Origin: Cyanobacteria bacterium P01_D01_bin.156 | Lineage (GTDB): Bacteria > Cyanobacteriota > Cyanobacteriia > Phormidesmidales > Phormidesmidaceae | NCBI GenBank assembly: GCA_039024555.1 | Contig: JBCCQQ010000022.1 | Location: forward strand, 20,015 to 84,014 | DNA length: 64,000 bases | Reading direction: 5' to 3' | Part shown: positions 54,404 through 64,000 of the stretch, piece after piece | Layout of the letters: every line of letters begins with the position of its first letter | Position numbering within the stretch: the first letter of the stretch is position 1 | Made by a program: the position numbers and the translations under genes | Notes under the pieces: model-generated | Databases searched by the model: none | Seen by the model: only the letters and a program-made list of their open reading frames with translations | Told to the model about the DNA's origin: nothing

Positions 54404-54958
54404 GTGATCATCCCCGAACTACTTGCCGTACTCGCTATTTCGGCTGCCACAGGGCTGCGGTTAGCTTTACCCCTGTTGCTGATTGGCCTATTCGCAGAGG
54501 ATAAACTTTGGTCAACAGTACCCATTTTGGCAAATATTCCAGAGACCCTAGTCATTGGAGTGCTAGTTATTTGGTCCCTGATAGAACTCACCATTTCTAA
54601 AGATCGAGTCAGCCGTCGCTTTTTACAAAGTGCAGAACTCTTTATTAGTCCTTTTGTCGGAACAATTGCGGGAATTGCGATCGCCCGCCTAGCCGACATT
54701 GTAGACAGCTGGCTGCTAGTACTGCTGGCAGGCACAGGCGGTGTACTAGCGCTGGTTATTCAAATGGTGCAAGTAGGCTGGCTATATCGTTTCAACAGCC
54801 CACCTATATGGCTCATCTTTATTGAAGATGCCCTGTGTATCTGCTTAGTATTTCTAGCCTTTGATGCACCAGAGCAAGGAGGACTTATCGCCCTTTTTCT
54901 ACTGTGGCTAGCCATTCGTAGCTCAGCAATCTGGCGTCAGTGGCAACAAAAGCCATAG
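54404..54958 (+). CDS. DUF4126 family membrane protein
   Basis: SAATGLRLALPLL, W.L.EL..SK, IED; multiple TM segments. Confidence 0.8.
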   Translation: MIIPELLAVLAISAATGLRLALPLLLIGLFAEDKLWSTVPILANIPETLVIGVLVIWSLIELTISKDRVSRRFLQSAELFISPFVGTIAGIAIARLADIVDSWLLVLLAGTGGVLALVIQMVQVGWLYRFNSPPIWLIFIEDALCICLVFLAFDAPEQGGLIALFLLWLAIRSSAIWRQWQQKP

Positions 54959-54965
54959 CTGACGA

Positions 54966-56129
54966 CTACATCAAACCAGCAATATGTAGAGGCCCATGAC
55001 CGCTAACCATCTCTAGCAATAGCGCCAAAAAGCCAACCATCGCCAAACGGCCATTCCAGACTTCAGCAAATGGTGTCAGCCCCCATGCAGACTTATCCTG
55101 AGGATAAATACGCACCTGCTTCTGTAACTGAGCCGCATCTGAAAACAGCTTACGAGGAGATTCCAAAGCATTGACTACCATATTCCCCATATCCTCAATA
55201 AAGACAGGGTAGGTGTTCAGCGCAGGCACCCGATGGAAGCCTGCGATCCCCGCTTCTTCTGCAATTTCACGATACTCAATATCAATTTCCTGGAGCGTTT
55301 CAATGTGCTCAGAAACAAAGCTGATGGGAACGACCACCAGATTATCAACGCCTTTTTCCGCCAAGTTCTCAATGGCATCTTCAGTGTAGGGCTGCAACCA
55401 TTCAACAGGCCCCACACGACTTTGATAAGCCAGCGTAAAGTCATTAGGACGATCCACCGCCTTCATAATCAAGTCAACACAATGCTCCATTTCCCGCTGA
55501 TAGGGGTCACCCGCCTCTTCTACATAGCTAACGGGCACACCATGAGCACTAAAAAAAATATGGCCACTGTCCGGGACCGGCAGCTTATCTAATTCCTGAG
55601 TAATTAGCTCAGCCATGGCCCTAACGTAACCAGGGCTGTTGTACCAGGATGGAATTAAGGTGTAGTTGATCTTCTGTAAAGCGGGGTCATCCTGCCACAG
55701 CTTGTCTAATAAACGAAAACTCGAACCGCTGGTACTAATAGAAAACTGAGGATAGAGCGGTAAAACAACGAGCTCTTCAATGCCATCTTGCTTAATTTGA
55801 GCAACGGCCTCTTCAGTAAAGGGATACCAGTAGCGCATACCGATGTAAATATTTACATCACGCCCTAGCTTTTGTAGATACTCCTTTAGAGCAGTTCCCT
55901 GTTCCTCAGTAATGCGTCGTAGGGGAGAACCACCACCAATTTCTTTATAATTTTCTTGAGATTTACTGGCACGACTCGTTGAAATGAGCCAAGCCAGAGG
56001 CTTTTGTAACCAAGGGAACGGGAGTCGGATAATCTCTGGATCGGCAAACAAGTTGAACAGAAAGGGACGTACATCCTCAAGCTGCTCAGGCCCTCCAAGA
56101 TTCAGTAATAAGACTCCAGTACGACCCAT
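54966..56129 (-). CDS. hemH: Ferrochelatase with C-terminal CAB domain
   Basis: [46 protein letters not shown]. Confidence 0.97.
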   Translation of the reverse strand: MGRTGVLLLNLGGPEQLEDVRPFLFNLFADPEIIRLPFPWLQKPLAWLISTSRASKSQENYKEIGGGSPLRRITEEQGTALKEYLQKLGRDVNIYIGMRYWYPFTEEAVAQIKQDGIEELVVLPLYPQFSISTSGSSFRLLDKLWQDDPALQKINYTLIPSWYNSPGYVRAMAELITQELDKLPVPDSGHIFFSAHGVPVSYVEEAGDPYQREMEHCVDLIMKAVDRPNDFTLAYQSRVGPVEWLQPYTEDAIENLAEKGVDNLVVVPISFVSEHIETLQEIDIEYREIAEEAGIAGFHRVPALNTYPVFIEDMGNMVVNALESPRKLFSDAAQLQKQVRIYPQDKSAWGLTPFAEVWNGRLAMVGFLALLLEMVSGHGPLHIAGLM

Positions 56130-56242
56130 GACAGCGTGCTTACCTTTTAAACGAAGTTTTAATCATCTTTGACTTATCGTAACAACTAACTCCGACCTAG
56201 GCATATCCGATTTGTAGGAATTGAGAATTTCTTTCATTTAAT

Positions 56243-57415
56243 ATGGCTAAAGTCTCCATAGCTCATCCCCTGGACAAGGCCCTGTTACAGGTCAATCAGC
56301 GGCTGAAAGCAGCAAAACTAGGCATACAGATTGAGCGCCGCGGCGATCGCTTAAATCTACGCGGTACATTCCCCCCACGTCCTGGCAGCCCTAAGCTTCG
56401 CCCCTATCAACAGCGGTTACCCTTAAAGCTACCTGCCAATAAAACAGGGCTCAAACAGTGTGAACAAACGGCAAAAATTATTGCAGCTCAGCTATTGCAA
56501 AATATCTTCGATTGGCGTGACTATTTAGGTCCCGTCGCTGGATTGCGCATGGGTGGGGCTGATCTTGCTACACAGATAGATGCCTTCAAACATTACTTCT
56601 TTTCCACACGGTCTGCCGATACTCCCACAGCATCTTTGCAAACTACCTGGGATAAGGCCTATGTCCCTTACCTACGTAAGTTGCATGCAACAGCAGAGCG
56701 CCATCGAAACCTCAGTTTGCCCGAAGCGATTTATGCCTCGGTACAAAGCACTCAAGCGAACTCCCGGAGTCGCCAGATATGCTGCACAGCCCTAGGGGCC
56801 TTTGCTGATTTTCTGAATTTGGACTTGCCCACAGACCTAAAAACTTTTTGGGGGAACTACGGCAACAGCCAAACACAACTGCGAGACTTGCCTGCCGATG
56901 AACAAATTGTTGAAGTGTATGACAGTCTCAAAAACCCTCAGTGGAAATATGTGTATGGAATGATGGCCACCTATGGGCTACGCAATCATGAAGTATTTTT
57001 TTGTGGGCGTTCATCCCGTAGCGATAGCACAGAAATTATTGTGCATGAAACCACTAAAACTGGGCGTCATGAAGTGTGGCCCTTCTATCCCGAATGGGTT
57101 GAACGGTTTGATCTATTAAATGGAGAATTGCCCAAGGTCAACACTGACCTAACCACCACAACGCTACAGCGGGTGGGTCAGCAGGTAACCACCCAGTTTC
57201 GTCGCTATAAAATTCCCTTTTCTCCTTACGACCTTCGTCACGCTTGGGCTGTGCGCACTATATTAATGGGCCTTCCCGATGCCGTGGCAGCGAAAATGAT
57301 GGGCCACTCGGTGCAGGTACACAACCGCACCTATCACCGTTGGATGACCCACCGAGATCAGCAGGCTGCTGTACAAACTGCCCTGGCAAAGAATGAAATA
57401 CAAGCTCCGATTTAA
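56243..57415 (+). CDS. Tyrosine recombinase / site-specific integrase (XisA/XisC-like family)
   Basis: LRGTFPP N-domain; catalytic GLRNHE, KTG, YDLRH, MMGHS, H..TY. Confidence 0.9.
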   Translation: MAKVSIAHPLDKALLQVNQRLKAAKLGIQIERRGDRLNLRGTFPPRPGSPKLRPYQQRLPLKLPANKTGLKQCEQTAKIIAAQLLQNIFDWRDYLGPVAGLRMGGADLATQIDAFKHYFFSTRSADTPTASLQTTWDKAYVPYLRKLHATAERHRNLSLPEAIYASVQSTQANSRSRQICCTALGAFADFLNLDLPTDLKTFWGNYGNSQTQLRDLPADEQIVEVYDSLKNPQWKYVYGMMATYGLRNHEVFFCGRSSRSDSTEIIVHETTKTGRHEVWPFYPEWVERFDLLNGELPKVNTDLTTTTLQRVGQQVTTQFRRYKIPFSPYDLRHAWAVRTILMGLPDAVAAKMMGHSVQVHNRTYHRWMTHRDQQAAVQTALAKNEIQAPI

Positions 57416-57507
57416 TAAGCAGTAAGGATGGGAATTTACTCTTCACCCCCTACGGCCTAGCGCAGCGTACTCCCTATTGCCTAGCGCGGCTAACGAACAA
57501 GCTGTTT

Positions 57508-58287
<780 letters not shown>

Positions 58288-58430
58288 CTATTATCTTTGG
58301 GGACTGCGAAGCAATCGTGGCAGCAGTCTGACAACCCACTCTCAAAATGCCAAGGATTAGCTTAAATCACACCCAATTTGATAGTGGGTAACCTAGCATG
58401 AAGAAATAACCCACCTCAGACTTTAGAACG

Positions 58431-58748
58431 ATGGCTGTAAGACAACAATTCTCCAGTTTTCAAGATATGTTAGCAACGGCTGAAAAGCCCATTTTAGTAG
58501 ACTTTTATGCCACCTGGTGTGGTCCTTGTCAGCTGATGTCAGGAGTATTGCAACAGGTTAAAGCACAGCTCCAAGGACAGGTGCAAATTGTAAAAATTGA
58601 TACCGATAAATATCCTGGCGTGGCATCTCAGTATCAAATTCATGCGTTGCCCACCATGGTCTTATTTAAAGATGGGCAGGTCGTAGACCGCATCGAAGGG
58701 GCAATGAGTGCTGATAAGTTAATTACACGGCTACAGCCAAATCTATAG
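58431..58748 (+). CDS. trxA: Thioredoxin (y-type-like)
   Basis: VDFYATWCGPC, KIDTDKYP, ALPT. Confidence 0.93.
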   Translation: MAVRQQFSSFQDMLATAEKPILVDFYATWCGPCQLMSGVLQQVKAQLQGQVQIVKIDTDKYPGVASQYQIHALPTMVLFKDGQVVDRIEGAMSADKLITRLQPNL

Positions 58749-58827
58749 GCAGTGAACAACCATGTTCCAATGGTTATGATGAAATGCCCCTCCGTTGTTC
58801 GGAGTTCAGTCAAGTTATCGAAATAGT

Positions 58828-59310
58828 ATGGAAGCGGTATGTGCCATTGCCCTTGGGAGTAATCTAGGGGACTCAGAAAAGACAATTGAAAGGGCATTGG
58901 TACAGCTTGATCGAAATGACCTACGGCTGGGGATGCGATCGCAACTGTATAAAACCGCCCCTGTTGGCCCACCCCAGCCAGACTATATCAATGCTTGTGC
59001 TATCTTCCATACTACCCTGAGTCCTGAGCAGGTGTTGAAAGCCTTGCTATCCATTGAAACCCACTTTGGGCGTATTCGCCGTGAGCGGTGGGGACCGCGC
59101 ACCTTAGATCTTGATCTACTGCTGTACGACGATCACATTATTGATACACCAAACCTAACGCTACCCCATCCCAGAATGCAGGAACGAGCTTTTGTATTAG
59201 TACCGTTAGCGGAAATTGCACCTGATTGGCAACATCCCATCAATCAGCAAACGATACAGACCCTGTTAAAGCAAGTGGATATCGCAGGAGTGTTTCCATT
59301 GGTCGCTTGA
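58828..59310 (+). CDS. folK: 2-amino-4-hydroxy-6-hydroxymethyldihydropteridine diphosphokinase
   Basis: ALGSNLG, QPDYIN, RWGPRTLDLDLL, PHPRM.ERAFVL.PL. Confidence 0.95.
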   Translation: MEAVCAIALGSNLGDSEKTIERALVQLDRNDLRLGMRSQLYKTAPVGPPQPDYINACAIFHTTLSPEQVLKALLSIETHFGRIRRERWGPRTLDLDLLLYDDHIIDTPNLTLPHPRMQERAFVLVPLAEIAPDWQHPINQQTIQTLLKQVDIAGVFPLVA

Positions 59311-59403
59311 ATGCAGAAGCAGCCCAACAATAGACACATTTCACATAATCTAACGATTCATGGTGTACGCTAATGCCGTTAATCTATGGTATTCACTACT
59401 ATT

Positions 59404-59973
59404 ATGTCTCTCGGGTTAGAACCTCCCCAATTACTTAAAAAGTGTCTCTTTTACGCCGGACGTAAGTTTGACTTTGAAGTCAATCAGCTAAAGCTACCCA
59501 ATAAGGTAGAAGGCCAATGGGAGTGCATTCGTCATCCTGGTGGAGCCATGGCCATTCCCATCACGCCTGAAGGACAATTAGTGCTTGTGCGTCAATATCG
59601 CTTTGCCGTGCAAGGTCGGCTGTTGGAATTTCCAGCCGGAACAATTGAGCCCCAGGAAGATGCATTCACCACCATCCAGAGAGAGATCGAAGAAGAGACT
59701 GGATACAGTGCTAAAGAGTGGACAAATTTAGGTAAGTTTCCCCTGGCACCAGGGTACTCCGATGAGTACATTTTTGCGTTTCTAGCCAGTGGTTTAGAGA
59801 AACTAGAAGTAGCGCCCGAGCAAGATGATGACGAAGATATTGAAGTTGTTTTAATGACGCCAGAAGAGTTTGAAAAAGCGGTCCATAATGGAGGAGGAGT
59901 AGACGCTAAATCCATCGCTGGATACTTTTTAGCAAAACCGTCTTTAAATAACTTTAAGAAGCACGATACTTAA
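59404..59973 (+). CDS. NUDIX hydrolase (ADP-ribose pyrophosphatase-like)
   Basis: HPGGA, VRQYR, EFPAG...REIEEETG Nudix box. Confidence 0.92.
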   Translation: MSLGLEPPQLLKKCLFYAGRKFDFEVNQLKLPNKVEGQWECIRHPGGAMAIPITPEGQLVLVRQYRFAVQGRLLEFPAGTIEPQEDAFTTIQREIEEETGYSAKEWTNLGKFPLAPGYSDEYIFAFLASGLEKLEVAPEQDDDEDIEVVLMTPEEFEKAVHNGGGVDAKSIAGYFLAKPSLNNFKKHDT

Positions 59974-60075
59974 TGACTAGTGACAATCAAGAATCGTCAT
60001 ACAAAGGCCTAAATAAGGTATTAGCGCCTTATCGGCCCTTAGATTGTTGCCTCCAATTCACTCCCAATCAACTAT

Positions 60076-60927
60076 TTACATTGGTGACTGCATCAGGATG
60101 CGAAAGTTAGCGTTTTGAGTAGCCGCAGCAAACATTTTCTGTCGTCGCCAATAAAGCCCAAATTGTTTCTGTAGTTTTTGGATAACTTTGGTATGAAAAA
60201 GGCGATGAGGATATTCTATTCTCTTATGGGTTTGAAATAAAGGCGCATTTAAGTCTAGAGAAGACTCTCCTTTTTTGATTCGCTCCTTTTCAATCACATC
60301 CTTAAAAAATGGGAAAGCATCATCTCTTCTAAACTCGACATTGAGACTTGCTGCTGCTGCTGCTAGTCCCATAACATTGCCCTCACCATTATAGATATCA
60401 TGCATCTGGAAGTAGTATGCCAAGGCTTTCCAATAGTTGAGAAATTGCTTTTCCAATCCATTTTGTCGTCGAACAACAAATAGGCATTCATGGAGCCAGA
60501 CAACGGTTTCTAAATCAAGGTTTAGTTTTTCAGCCGATGCTTCTATCAAAGACAGCGCAGGACGGACTTTAGTATATTTGTTGTGTTTGAGTATCGAACA
60601 ACCAAAACGTCCAGTAAGTCCCTGCGGAAACTCTATCGTTGGAGGGATAGGTCCAAGTATTCTGACATCCGAATCTAGAAAGAGACAGGTTTCAAACGTT
60701 GAGATCGCACGTTCAATCACATAGAGCTTATCGTGATAACCTACAACACTTTTGAGGCGATGCTTGTAGGCAACGACATTAGGATAGTTAACAAAGTCCT
60801 CAGGACAGTCGGTCAAAACTACAAAAGGAAGAGCTGTAGAGTATTGTTGAATATCAGACGCTAATAGTTTTGCGTGAGCACGATAACGACTGCCAACGGC
60901 CAATGTGCAAAAACATAATTCAGACAC
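60076..60927 (-). CDS. Putative glycosyltransferase-like protein
   Basis: FCTLAVG..Y, VVLTD.P and CLFLDSD (DxD) suggest a GT-A fold; GAGG RBS before GTG. Confidence 0.6.
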   Translation of the reverse strand: MSELCFCTLAVGSRYRAHAKLLASDIQQYSTALPFVVLTDCPEDFVNYPNVVAYKHRLKSVVGYHDKLYVIERAISTFETCLFLDSDVRILGPIPPTIEFPQGLTGRFGCSILKHNKYTKVRPALSLIEASAEKLNLDLETVVWLHECLFVVRRQNGLEKQFLNYWKALAYYFQMHDIYNGEGNVMGLAAAAASLNVEFRRDDAFPFFKDVIEKERIKKGESSLDLNAPLFQTHKRIEYPHRLFHTKVIQKLQKQFGLYWRRQKMFAAATQNANFRILMQSPM

Positions 60928-61337
60928 TTACCATTTCCTCTTGAGTGATCTACATCGCAGCATGTAGCAGCTCGTATAAAACTATATTTCCCGGAAAGCC
61001 CAAGGGCTAAACAGCGTAATACTAGAGGGTTGGAATCAACCTAATTAATTCTCTTAAATTATCTTTCGGGACACTATTTCTCCTGTATTAACGAATAGTG
61101 ACCTGTAGCTTTAGGCAAGACGTTAATTTTGTAAACACATAAGGAACATTAGATATAAAAGCTTTGCTGAAAAACCTTCTGTAGCAGCTACCAGCAAAGC
61201 TTTTCACAAAATCCTGAAGGGCTATTCTACGTGTTAAGACGCGTAGCAAAATTACGTAGTATTATCAAATCTCACTGTTGTTGACAGCTTAAGTCCTTGA
61301 AAATAGCGATGCGACAACTCTCCCAACTCAAGCTATA

Positions 61338-61715
61338 TCACTGAGGTTTGTATGAGTCGTTCGATATGAGTCGTTCGAGCTGTTTTAGCCCTTCCTGAAT
61401 CGCCGTTTCTAATTGAGGAATATATTCAGCTAAGGTAACATCGCCATTCTGACTTTTAGTTTCTAGATGTTGGCACAAATTTTGAACTAACATCATACCT
61501 AGAGCGGCACTGCTAGACTTTAAGGTATGAGCAGCATAATGAATTTGGTCAGCTTGTTGTTGTTGAATAGCCGTTTGAATATCCTCAAAGAGTTGACGGC
61601 TTTCATCAATATAGATTTCAACAAACGGGGCTAAACTTTCAGGAGTTATGCCGCCCAGAGGAGCTAGAGTTTGCTCTAAGACTGCTATATCTAGGTAGAC
61701 CGTAGATTCTTTCAT
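61338..61715 (-). CDS. Hpt (histidine phosphotransfer) domain protein
   Basis: [13 protein letters not shown]...C..LE Hpt signature. Confidence 0.88.
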   Translation of the reverse strand: MKESTVYLDIAVLEQTLAPLGGITPESLAPFVEIYIDESRQLFEDIQTAIQQQQADQIHYAAHTLKSSSAALGMMLVQNLCQHLETKSQNGDVTLAEYIPQLETAIQEGLKQLERLISNDSYKPQ

Positions 61716-61960
61716 GGCTGATTCTTGATGGTGGTACTGATACGATTTTTAGGATCGCAGGCACTGTGCTGCCAGGGTCCACTTCAGTATTGACAGATGG
61801 GATGGTTTGAGAGCGATTGTGAAGACATTTTTGGAAGGCCTGCACAAGTTCACCAATATAAATCGGTTTACTAACGTAGTCATCCATACCTGCTGCTAAG
61901 AATTTCTCACGATCGACAGCCAGGGCATTGCCCGTCATAGCAATAATACGGGGGACTATC
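61639..61960 (-). pseudogene. C-terminal fragment of a hybrid histidine kinase receiver domain
   Basis: [26 protein letters not shown] is the second half of a REC domain; the phosphoacceptor Asp half is missing. Confidence 0.8.
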
Positions 61961-62425
61961 GAGACTTCCACTTATACCAATGGAACGCCCAGCGCTCAAC
62001 TGACGTTGCCATCCAATGATCAGAGGAATGTTAGAAATACCTTCGATATCTTCTTGCTCAAAACGGTTAAATCCACTGGTAATGCTAATTTGATCACCAT
62101 TCGCTAATGTTCCAGTTAACGTAGGTTCAAACCGTTGATTGATTTGAGCAAAATTATTGAAATCGTAGGTTGTTTCTATAGCCAAGCTTTCCCACTCAAT
62201 ACTTTGAGACGATTGAGACACTTCAGAGTCCTGTTCCGATTCAGGCTCTACATTATCTTCTTCAACAGCATCTATTGACGGCACCAAGTCTTCTTCTAGG
62301 GTAGGTACGATAAAATCTCCTGGATTTAGATTTTCAGGTGCTGAGTAAGCAGGCAGAACATGTAAACTCCACACCCCTAGCACCAACAGACCAAGCGACT
62401 TTTTATCCTGATGGTGCTGAACCAT
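61907..62425 (-). pseudogene. N-terminal part of an exported (possibly beta-barrel) protein, truncated and fused out of frame to the REC fragment
   Basis: Signal peptide, acidic linker and alternating beta-strand pattern, then an aberrant tail read from the REC sequence. Confidence 0.6.
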
Positions 62426-63008
62426 AGTGAGGAGATTAATAATGCTTTTTTCACCAGCCTGTTACCCCTCCAGTTTGCCCGCAATAATCAGACAACAAGC
62501 AAAATAGTTGAATCTTTTTCCAAAGATCCATTTCTTCCTGATTGTTGTTGACAGACTGAGAACAGTATAAATTTATTGAGCAATGAAACAACCACTCTTC
62601 ATGCTCTCAAATCATCAGTTCTTAGCCAGTGTTCTTATTCAACTAGTCACAGGGTGATTATCAGAGCTCTTATGATTAGTGAGCCACACCATCTGTAGCC
62701 AGCCAAAAACGACGACGGGCTGTTGCTACTTAGAAGGATGAAACGATCACGCCTGTTTGAAGTACAAGAACAGCACCCAGGGGCGGTGTACTCAAGATGC
62801 TGGTACATCTGCAAACAGGGAGTATATTCCAAGAATAGTACATTCAAACTATGCACATGGATGCATGTCTACCCGAAAGGTCAGGAGAATTGACTGAAAC
62901 GTAAGCGTCATAGGCATTTTGCTGCGACTAGGGAAACCCAAAAAATGTATGCATTAAGGTAGATTTACGCAAACTTTCAACTTTATTTTTCTTAACATTT
63001 GGGAGTAT

Positions 63009-63103
63009 TTTTCCCAAGGTTTTCCTAGGCTTTTCCACAGTAACTGTCAGGTTTTCCCCAGCTTTATACAGCAGCATGCGAGTTACAGCCGTTATGTGGA
63101 AAA
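63009..63103. promoter_or_regulatory. Cluster of cyanobacterial-type DnaA boxes
   Basis: TTTTCCCAA 63009, TTTTCCTAG 63020, TTTTCCACA 63031, TTTTCCCCA 63052, and inverted TGTGGAAAA 63095. Confidence 0.6.
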
Positions 63104-63130
63104 GTGATAGTCGACAGGGATCGCCAATAA

Positions 63131-63148
63131 AATGTAAACCAATGTAAC
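63131..63148 (-). promoter_or_regulatory. HLR1 (RpaB-binding) site
   Basis: Minus strand GTTACATT-GG-TTTACATT, a perfect (G/T)TTACA(T/A)(T/A)-N2 direct repeat. Confidence 0.8.
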
Positions 63149-63397
63149 GAAAATATTGCTTAAACCCTCTTGGTTTCGTGGTGTATTTTTTCTCCTTAGA
63201 AAATTCTAAAGGTCAACAGGCATTGCGAATTGTAGTCGTCTCCTGCACAATAAAGCTCCACTGAATCAAGCGGCCCTGTTAAGCCAGTTTTGCTCTGTGT
63301 TCCTTGCTGCTTTTATCTGTTTATTTTTTGGCAGCTGAGCAGGGCTTCTTAACTAGGCGCTAGTTTGTCGTGCTTGTTCATTTAAGAGACGTTTCCT

Positions 63398-63616
63398 ATG
63401 AATCCAGTGACCACCACGCCAACCACCGTTAGCCTGATGATTGAGATTCCTGAGGCCCTGCACTTGTCTATTCAGGAGTATTTGAATACCCATGAACTTT
63501 GGAGTCAGGAACGAGTGATGCAAGCTGCTCTTTCTCTCTTTTTGATGCAAAATGGTTCAAACCAGCCCCATGTCAACAGACTTTATTTAGATAGTTTGTT
63601 TGGCTGTACTGCATAA
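63398..63616 (+). CDS. DUF2811 domain protein
   Basis: VSL..EIPE.LH..IQ.YL..H..W.Q.RV..AALSLFL.QNG.....R.YLD.LF. Confidence 0.88.
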   Translation: MNPVTTTPTTVSLMIEIPEALHLSIQEYLNTHELWSQERVMQAALSLFLMQNGSNQPHVNRLYLDSLFGCTA

Positions 63617-63747
63617 GGGTAGATTGGCAACCGTCTATCGAATCTCGTTTGCTATCGAGTTCGAGCTACTGCGTACAAAACCAACTGCTATATTTTGTAT
63701 AATCCTTATCACGTATTTAGTAGCTAGCAGATAGGCAAAAGTTGTTC

Positions 63748-63780
63748 AAAAGCCTGGGTTTGACCCAGGCTTTTTATTTT
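63748..63780 (+). terminator. Intrinsic terminator
   Basis: AAAAGCCTGGGT-TTG-ACCCAGGCTTTTTATTTT. Confidence 0.88.
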
Positions 63781-63876
63781 AGATATTCTCTGCGCGGCAG
63801 TGTCCCTCACCCACATGACCTAGCCCCTTGTAGATATCGGCTAGCTGGCTTTTTTCTACCTTAGGAAGAAGGATTT

Positions 63877-64000
63877 TATAGTATCCATATTTCTATGGTT
63901 AGAGTAACCTGGGAAATAGGTAATTTGAGAGAATAAGTGCTCGTGTCCTATCCTGCTGAAATCGAAGTCCAGATGCAGCGTTATTACCAGTCGCTGTCTG
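63877..64000 (+). mobile_element. Left part of an ISAzo13-like insertion sequence (transposase starts near 63937; runs off the window)
   Basis: GTG 63937 gives MLVSYPAEIEVQMQRYYQSLS, resembling the Y..EIE..MQ..Y.SLSEKDRRRY start of ISAzo13-family transposases. The left boundary is a guess. Confidence 0.6.

Noticed and set aside
54966..55100. CAB/HLIP motif fused to ferrochelatase
   Set aside because: A well-described feature of cyanobacterial HemH.
62647..62892. Short ORFs on both strands in the long intergenic region
   Set aside because: No RBS or recognisable motifs, and composition is atypical; not supportable.

Overview
This is a 64-kb chromosomal segment of a cyanobacterium. Evidence: psaF/psaJ, ndhV, ferrochelatase with a CAB domain, pilMNOQ, and about 28 HIP1 GCGATCGC octamers counted by eye. 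A Leptolyngbya-like filamentous strain is likely, but that is inference. Most of it is core genome: glgP, avtA, rimM, murA, lpdA, trpC, tsaD, coaBC, purH, gmd, queF, glnB, folC, purT, hup, dcd, devH, rbcR/pacR, hrcA, hemH, fabG, trxA, folK and three tRNAs. A Yfr2-family sRNA, an NtcA box, tandem NrdR boxes and a perfect HLR1 (RpaB) site are readable directly from the sequence. Most interesting signals: (1) an intact REP-associated tyrosine transposase (RAYT) homologue that has lost all its catalytic residues, downstream of tRNA-Leu and a hairpin, a candidate domesticated transposase; (2) a non-coding block near 63 kb combining a phased DnaA-box array, an HLR1 site and a long, possibly switchable leader hairpin before a DUF2811 gene; (3) an NrdR-boxed operon pairing a P-loop-less CobO/BtuR homologue with dCTP deaminase, preceded by an unannotated 46-aa membrane ORF; (4) a chimeric deletion scar of a hybrid histidine kinase; (5) a Ser/Thr kinase-PstS fusion. 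No CRISPR array, rRNA or prophage is seen. An ISAzo13-like transposase appears to start at the right edge. All family calls come from motif recognition without database searches.
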